Positions 49,001 through 52,869 of a stretch of DNA of 52,869 bases are shown here, one piece after another. Position 1 is the first letter of the stretch. Each line of letters starts with the position of its first letter. Both the position numbers and the translations under genes were made by a program. Source of the DNA: Nemertoderma westbladi. Its lineage: Eukaryota; Animalia; Xenacoelomorpha. Below the pieces are notes generated by a model that searched no databases, was not told where the DNA came from, and was given only the letters and a program-made list of their open reading frames with translations. The stretch covers positions 1 to 52,869 of the forward strand of contig JAUCBJ010004266.1 in assembly GCA_032718475.1 (NCBI GenBank). The letters run 5' to 3'.

Positions 49001-51892
49001 CACTGTCACATACACCCACCTCACTGTCCCATACACCCACCTCACTGTCCATACACCCACCTCACTGTCCCATACACCCACCTCACTGTCTATACACCCA
49101 CCTCACTGTCCCATACATACACCTCACTGTCTCATACACCCACCTCACTGTCCCATACACCCACCTCACTGTCCCATACACCCACCTCACTGTCCCATAC
49201 ACCCCCCCCCCCACTGTCCCATACACCCACCTTACTGTCCCATACACCCACCTCACTGTCACATACACCCACCTCACTGTCCCATACACCCACCTCACTG
49301 TCCATACACCCACCTCACTGTCCCATACATACACCTCACTGTCCCATACACCCACCTCACTGTCCCATACACCCACCTCACTGTCCCATACACCCACCTA
49401 ACTGTCCCATACACCCACCTCACTGTCCATACACCCACCTCACTGTCCCATACACCCAACTCACTGTCCCATACACCCACCTCACTGTCCCATACACCCA
49501 CCTCACTGTCCCATAATACACCCACCTCATGGTCCCATACACCCACCTCATGGTCCCATACACCCACCTCACTGTCCCATATATACACCTCACTGTCCCA
49601 TACAACCACCTCACTGTCCCATACACCCCCTCACTGTCCCATACACCCACCTCACTGTTCCATACACCCACCTCACTGTCCCATACACCCACCTCACTGT
49701 CCCATACACCCACCACACTGTCCCATACACCCAACTCACTGTCCCATACACCCACCTCACTGTCCCATACACCCACCACAATGTCCCATACACCCACCAC
49801 ACTGTCCCATACACCCAACTCACTGTCCCATACACCCAACTCACTGTCCCATACACCCACCTCACTGTTCCATACACCCACCTCACTGTCCCATACACCC
49901 AACTCACTGTCCCATACACCCACCTCACTGTCCCATACACCCACCTCACTGTCCCATTCACTCACCTCACAGTCCCATCCTCGGAACCACTCCAAATTAA
50001 ATAAGGAGTTCCAGGTGCGACCGCTAGACGTTTCACTCGGGTAGAGTGGCAATGGAATGTGTGCGTGGTCTCCCGCATGGGGGCGTTGTGAACCTTGACT
50101 TTACCATCAGCGGCGCAGGTTGCGACTGTCTGTTCGTTGGTTTGCGGGAGAAACTAAAAATAAAAGTAAAAATCGAGAGTAAAAATATCGCGAGTAAAAA
50201 TATCGAGAATAAAAATATCGAGAGTAAAAATATCGAGAGTAAAAATATCGAGAGTAAAAAAGTAAAGATAGTAACAAGAGAATAACAAATAAAATGTCAT
50301 GAGTGGTGGAAAAATGTAGCTATTTTTGCCATCACTTATATTGTTATTAAACATAGACCGCACGTGGTGCGGATATTTTCAATATTACCTTTACGGAGAA
50401 TATGTTGCCGCTGTGGCCCGTTTCTATTGAGACTTTGAGGGAATGGGCGAGCGGCTCCCAGATGTTGCACCGCAGATCGTCGCTCCCGCTGGCTAACAGC
50501 GTCCCCGCGTCGCTCCACTGGAGGCAGTTGACGCAACCGTTGTGGCCCGCGAGCTCCGTCTCTAAGCCCAGGCGTTTTATGAACGCCGGCGAGACGTGCA
50601 AGTTGCGTTGGAAGCGCAGCGGTTGTCTCGTCTACAAAGCGGGAAAAAAGGCGATAATACAAAAAAATAATTGTAAATAAATTTTAAATAATTATAAATA
50701 ATTCGCAATGCGAATTATTATTACAATTATTACGGTAAGGCAGGCTTTACGTAGTGATAATAAACTATATATTTTACAATACGTAGCGAGAAATAAAACA
50801 ATATAGTATCACCATGCTGCCATGAAGCGGTTGCCGGTATTACCGTTTTTGGTGGCCTCCAGAATTTTTTGCTCGAAACTGGCCTCTTTGGAAAATGCGT
50901 TTTAGCGTTTTTCAAATTTCAATTACTACCGGATTTTTGTGAGAAAATAATTGGGAAAATTAGTAAAAAATCGCACAGCCGTGGGGATAAACATTTTTCT
51001 ATCAATTGGACTGTTTTTTTTTTCATTTTATTACTTAATTATATTAGTTATGACGATGAACGCGTAACATTTGCATTTATGCATCAGCATCATGGGAGGA
51101 GTTTATGGTGAGTGAGTAACCTTGCCAACTCGCAAGTCGCAACCATTGATGCGGCGCAATCGCCGGATAACGTCGCTCAAAAGTAATGATGACCTGAATC
51201 AATTTTTTTGTCGATTTTCTATGCCCGCGGTGAAACACTTTTTTGAAATACTTACAAATTAAATGGTCTTAATGAAAAGGATAGGCCTCAACAGTGCCAA
51301 GTGCACTGCCGGGAACTTTCTGACTTGTGTAGGCCTAACTCATATTGCAGTATTGAGGCAAGACTCAATTACCGTGCCTGCTTCAGGGTAGCAATGGGTT
51401 TCGGCAATAATATGTAATACAATACAATCCATTGTAACATGGCTGCCTCCTGCCTGGGCCTGGTAGGCCTAACTGAATAATAATCTAATTTCAAATAAGT
51501 CTAAATACAGAAATACAGAACAGAACTACCGGGTACTGGTATTTTCCGAGAAAAAGAACCCGACTAGAAACTGGACTTCGAGAACAAAATTTATACAGCC
51601 CCCCACCACCCTGCCACCCCACGCTGCCACGTGCCTACCCCAACCAAACAGCAGAACAGCTAAACCCTGAAACACGTTGAGACGTGAATCCCCTCCCCTC
51701 CCGCTCCACGCTCCCCCTACTGCTACCACCCTTCAGCCCTTCGAGCCTGTTTTGTATAATGCAGGCCTATACTCTGATACTTACGTCCCATTCCCTCGAT
51801 ATAGATTGCGTCAAAACGTTCTCGTGAATTCGTTGCCAATCATAACAGGAATCCACATACTTAGTGAACAGGTGAGCTGATGGCGGATTCAT
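21832..51892 (-). CDS. WDTC1: WD40 and tetratricopeptide repeat protein 1 (adipose/DCAF9 orthologue), 12 coding exons, ~716 aa
   Basis: Manual splicing of 51892-51785, 50631-50389, 50153-49966, 42892-42706, 41683-41529, 41337-41159, 37529-37424, 35058-34876, 34577-34354, 30018-29859, 22473-22281 and 22056-21832. All introns are GT-AG with compatible phases, and the total of 2151 nt is an open frame. Peptides match WDTC1 as recalled: [75 protein letters not shown]. Confidence 0.95.
22281..22473 (-). CDS. WDTC1: WDTC1 exon 11 (WD40)
   Basis: [19 protein letters not shown]...[13 protein letters not shown]...[18 protein letters not shown]; GAA|GTAAGT donor. Confidence 0.95.
22506..24436. repeat. 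37-bp minisatellite (~52 copies) in WDTC1 intron 10; relic unit at ~29776-29812
   Basis: Unit GCACAAACAAGAGCCACACTAGAATAATATTGTAC(A/C)A. Confidence 0.97.
26930..27350 (+). pseudogene. Acidic tract plus PWWP-domain relic (HDGF/LEDGF/GLYR1-like) inside the CACTG element
   Basis: [17 protein letters not shown] / (shift) YPGIVAP...[12 protein letters not shown] / (shift) [19 protein letters not shown]...[14 protein letters not shown] then stop. Confidence 0.8.
28780..29432. repeat. 105-106-bp subterminal tandem repeat (~6 copies) of the CACTG element
   Basis: GTGTTATTCAAGAAAAATGCC... at 28780, 28886 and onward to 29414. Confidence 0.93.
29859..30018 (-). CDS. WDTC1: WDTC1 exon 10
   Basis: poly-T cag acceptor; ...[29 protein letters not shown]; TC|GTTAGT donor. 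Confidence 0.93.
30135..30222 (-). ncRNA. Putative intronic C/D-box snoRNA, copy A (D-guide degenerate)
   Basis: Minus strand: CTAATGACT stem, ATGATGA (C box), internal ATGA (D'-like), CTGA (D box), GTCATTAG stem; sense to the host gene. Confidence 0.55.
30431..30720. mobile_element. RTE-like LINE fragments (short minus-strand 3' end joined to a plus-strand ORF2 piece)
   Basis: 30431-30510 matches the 3' end at 31634-31720 ([17 protein letters not shown], (TAG)n tail). 30526-30720 encodes [15 protein letters not shown]...[14 protein letters not shown], similar to an ORF2 linker. Confidence 0.6.
30934..31452. mobile_element. MITE/foldback element with ~155-bp TIRs
   Basis: TCTATTTATATGGCCATTTCATCCTCACGGACG... 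mirrored by ...CGTCCGTGAGGATGAAATGGCCATATAAATAGA. TSD not evident. Confidence 0.8.
31634..31870 (-). mobile_element. RTE-like LINE 3' fragment with (TAG)n tail
   Basis: [36 protein letters not shown], followed by (TAG)n. Confidence 0.78.
31972..32051 (-). ncRNA. Putative intronic C/D-box snoRNA, copy B
   Basis: ATGACT-ATGATGA-TCCTTTGACTTTAT-ATGA-...-GGATCGATAGGA-CTGA-GTCAT; the guide is complementary to the conserved LSU rRNA segment CCUAUCGAUCC. Confidence 0.7.
32088..33048. mobile_element. Non-autonomous interspersed repeat; related longer copy at ~43160-44590
   Basis: Shared blocks in both copies: CTGATTTCATTTCCGATGTCAGTTTTC, CCGGAAAACCCTTG, CCCTAACCATAAACATTAA, GTCTCCTAAATAAGGG. Confidence 0.6.
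33288..33667 (-). mobile_element. RTE-like LINE 3' fragment
   Basis: HISNQTLY...[26 protein letters not shown]...GRELWR, followed by a (TAG)n tail. Confidence 0.82.
33958..34041 (-). ncRNA. Putative intronic C/D-box snoRNA, copy C
   Basis: Same boxes, terminal stem and guides as copy B; the spacer has diverged. Confidence 0.7.
34354..34577 (-). CDS. WDTC1: WDTC1 exon 9 (TPR)
   Basis: [35 protein letters not shown]...DEIDAALVK. Confidence 0.93.
34876..35058 (-). CDS. WDTC1: WDTC1 exon 8 (TPR)
   Basis: [32 protein letters not shown]...[15 protein letters not shown]; TG|GTGAGT donor. Confidence 0.93.
35549..35629 (-). ncRNA. Putative intronic C/D-box snoRNA, copy D (intron 7)
   Basis: C box ATGATGA, D box CTGA, GGATCGATAGG guide and terminal stem all present. 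Confidence 0.68.
35803..37398. repeat. Inverted repeat of two divergent tRNA-like (SINE-head) arms; left arm interrupted by the Merlin element
   Basis: 35803-35873 plus 37012-37150 is the reverse complement of ~37185-37398. The right arm has A box TAGCTGAATGG and B box AGTTCGATCC. Confidence 0.78.
35874..37002 (+). mobile_element. Internally deleted Merlin (IS1595/ISXO2-like) DNA transposon
   Basis: TIRs begin GGTATTAGTACGTTTGAACGACACTAGCCAAACAA; 9-bp TSD CTGGTGACC. Relic motifs [19 protein letters not shown], and [28 protein letters not shown]. Confidence 0.85.
37424..37529 (-). CDS. WDTC1: WDTC1 exon 7 (linker)
   Basis: gacag acceptor, CG|GTAAGT donor; [36 protein letters not shown] supplies the phase 1 to phase 2 bridge needed between exons 6 and 8. 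Confidence 0.8.
37749..38338. mobile_element. PIF/Harbinger-type MITE
   Basis: TIRs GGGGCCGTGCACAA and TTGTGCACGGTCCC; TTA TSD. Confidence 0.8.
38982..40682 (+). mobile_element. Non-autonomous hAT (Ac-like) element, copy 1
   Basis: TIRs TAGGGATGTCCCGGAAT; 8-bp TSD TTAATTAT; CCGG-rich subtermini. Confidence 0.9.
40935..41000 (-). mobile_element. tRNA-derived SINE head
   Basis: Minus strand TAGCTCAGTTGG (A box) ... GGTTCGATCCCC (B box); no complete cloverleaf. A similar B-box relic lies at ~33735-33765. Confidence 0.6.
41159..41337 (-). CDS. WDTC1: WDTC1 exon 6
   Basis: [33 protein letters not shown]; cgcag acceptor, AAG|GTCAGT donor. Confidence 0.93.
41529..41683 (-). CDS. WDTC1: WDTC1 exon 5
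   Basis: PHAFPT...[22 protein letters not shown] (compare human PLPDGAAQYYVAGHLP); phases fit both neighbours. Confidence 0.88.
42152..42440 (-). mobile_element. RTE-like LINE 3' fragment (same family as 33288-33667)
   Basis: [40 protein letters not shown]. Confidence 0.82.
42706..42892 (-). CDS. WDTC1: WDTC1 exon 4 (WD40)
   Basis: [10 protein letters not shown]...[19 protein letters not shown]; tatag acceptor, AAG|GTTTGT donor. Confidence 0.93.
44997..49980. repeat. 21-bp minisatellite (~150 units, with 20- and 24-bp variants) abutting WDTC1 exon 3; interrupted by hAT copy 2
   Basis: Unit CACCCACCTCACTGTCCCATA; a 187-bp higher-order repeat is visible at ~48130-48700. Confidence 0.97.
45431..47234 (+). 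mobile_element. Non-autonomous hAT (Ac-like) element, copy 2
   Basis: TIRs TAGGGATGTCCCGGAAT; 8-bp TSD CCCACCTC taken from the minisatellite; colinear with copy 1. Confidence 0.92.
49966..50153 (-). CDS. WDTC1: WDTC1 exon 3 (WD40)
   Basis: tttttag acceptor; [22 protein letters not shown]...[28 protein letters not shown]; GAG|GTGAGT donor. Confidence 0.93.
50158..50262. repeat. 15-bp repeat (AAAAATATCGAGAGT) upstream of the exon-3 acceptor
   Basis: About 6 copies; pyrimidine-rich on the transcribed (minus) strand. Confidence 0.85.
50389..50631 (-). CDS. WDTC1: WDTC1 exon 2 (WD40)
   Basis: tttgtag acceptor; [39 protein letters not shown]...[10 protein letters not shown]; AAG|GTAATA donor. 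Confidence 0.95.
51785..51892 (-). CDS. WDTC1: WDTC1 exon 1 (putative first coding exon)
   Basis: ATG preceded by an in-frame TGA; encodes [36 protein letters not shown]; strong GAC|GTAAGT phase-0 donor. [10 protein letters not shown] loosely resembles human NITRDLIRRQ. Confidence 0.7.
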
Positions 51893-52228
51893 TATTCAGT
51901 GGTCAGTTATTGATTAGCGGTAAGCATTGGCATTTATTATAGTATTAACCTTCTGTTTCAGTAGGCCTATTCAAAATTCCTGTAATTACAGAATTAGGCA
52001 GTTCAGCAGTTAGGCCTATCTGCCTACAGGCCTAGGCCTAGCTATCAGAACTCTGGACCTGATCAGGCTATGGCTATCAGCCTGGCAGCTATAGCAGGTC
52101 ATCATCCAGTCATCACAACTACAGAACTAACATAACAACTGCTGACTGCAGGCAGAAATGTGAACTGCCTGACCTGCTGGGCTGACTGCAGGTCCCATTT
52201 ATCCTGAATTCTGGGTAAATCTTTTCGA

Positions 52229-52416
52229 CCTACGCGTAGGCCTACGCGTAGCTACGCGTAGCTACGCGTAGCTACGCGTAGTTGTCAACATTGGGTCATA
52301 TATCACCAGTTTCAGAGTTTTAACAATAACTACGCGTAGGTGCTACGCGTAGCTACGCGTAGGTGCTACGCGTAGCTACGCGTAGGTCCTACGCGACCTA
52401 CGCATATGTGCTACCC
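52229..52416. repeat. Tandem palindromic CTACGCGTAG repeats in two clusters
   Basis: About 10 perfect or near-perfect 10-bp palindromes, ~340 bp upstream of the putative ATG. Confidence 0.85.
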
Positions 52417-52869
52417 ATAACTATGCCTATACGTCCTTTATCATTAGTAGGCTTACGTATTCCAAGCGAGTCAGTACTAAAATAAGACACAATACGGTAT
52501 GTTCAATAAACAACCCACAACCATCAAATGCTTTCAACAGTAATTTATCCTATACCTGTATACTCTATATAGAGGAATACGCGAAGACTACATATTCTTC
52601 ACTTCATGCGTTGCGGGCGGTAAAATGTGTTAATAATTAATGTTTAGAGTTCAAAAATAGTTTACAAAGGAAATAGGCCGATGGTTCTTATCGATTCTCT
52701 ATGCTTTTTATTGCCTTTGTTCACGATAGGGCAAGGATATACTGTATTTAATATGTTAACCCCTTGACAAGGGAAGGGGGAGACTAAATTGTCTACCATG
52801 ATTGGTTGCACTTGTTATTTGACCAAACAATTTGATTATATGCAGTATTAATCAGCTTTCGCTTAACCT

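Noticed and set aside
44911-50052. Long ORFs of WDSEVGV, HPPHCPI, GTVRWVY or SLSHTPT repeats
   Set aside because: By-products of a 21-bp unit lacking stops in several frames; intronic, and frames are broken by 20-bp variants.
51373-51432. Alternative phase-0 first exon ([20 protein letters not shown]|GTAATT)
   Set aside because: No resemblance to the WDTC1 N-terminus and a weaker donor than 51785; cannot be fully excluded without transcripts.

Overview
This is AT-rich eukaryotic DNA, most likely from an invertebrate animal, and not prokaryotic. The one clearly intact host gene is a WDTC1/adipose (DCAF9) orthologue on the minus strand. I reconstructed it by hand as 12 phase-compatible GT-AG exons (51892 to 21832, 2151 nt, 716 aa). 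Its introns contain minisatellites, three Ac-like hAT non-autonomous elements, a 5.1-kb CACTG-ended element carrying a PWWP-domain relic, a deleted Merlin element, Harbinger-type MITEs, RTE-like LINE ends, tRNA-derived SINE heads and four sense-oriented C/D-box snoRNA-like units. The left 21 kb is decayed mobile DNA: a frameshifted C2H2 zinc-finger ORF, a 44-bp minisatellite, a truncated Gypsy-type gag-pol, a Sola-type transposon, a ~271-bp satellite resembling a herpes-type deubiquitinase fragment, and a Helitron-like Rep relic. A recurring pattern is that tandem arrays start at exon or splice-site sequence, most clearly a ~150-copy 21-bp array amplified from the WDTC1 exon-3 5' splice site. 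Family assignments rest on recalled motifs, not database searches.
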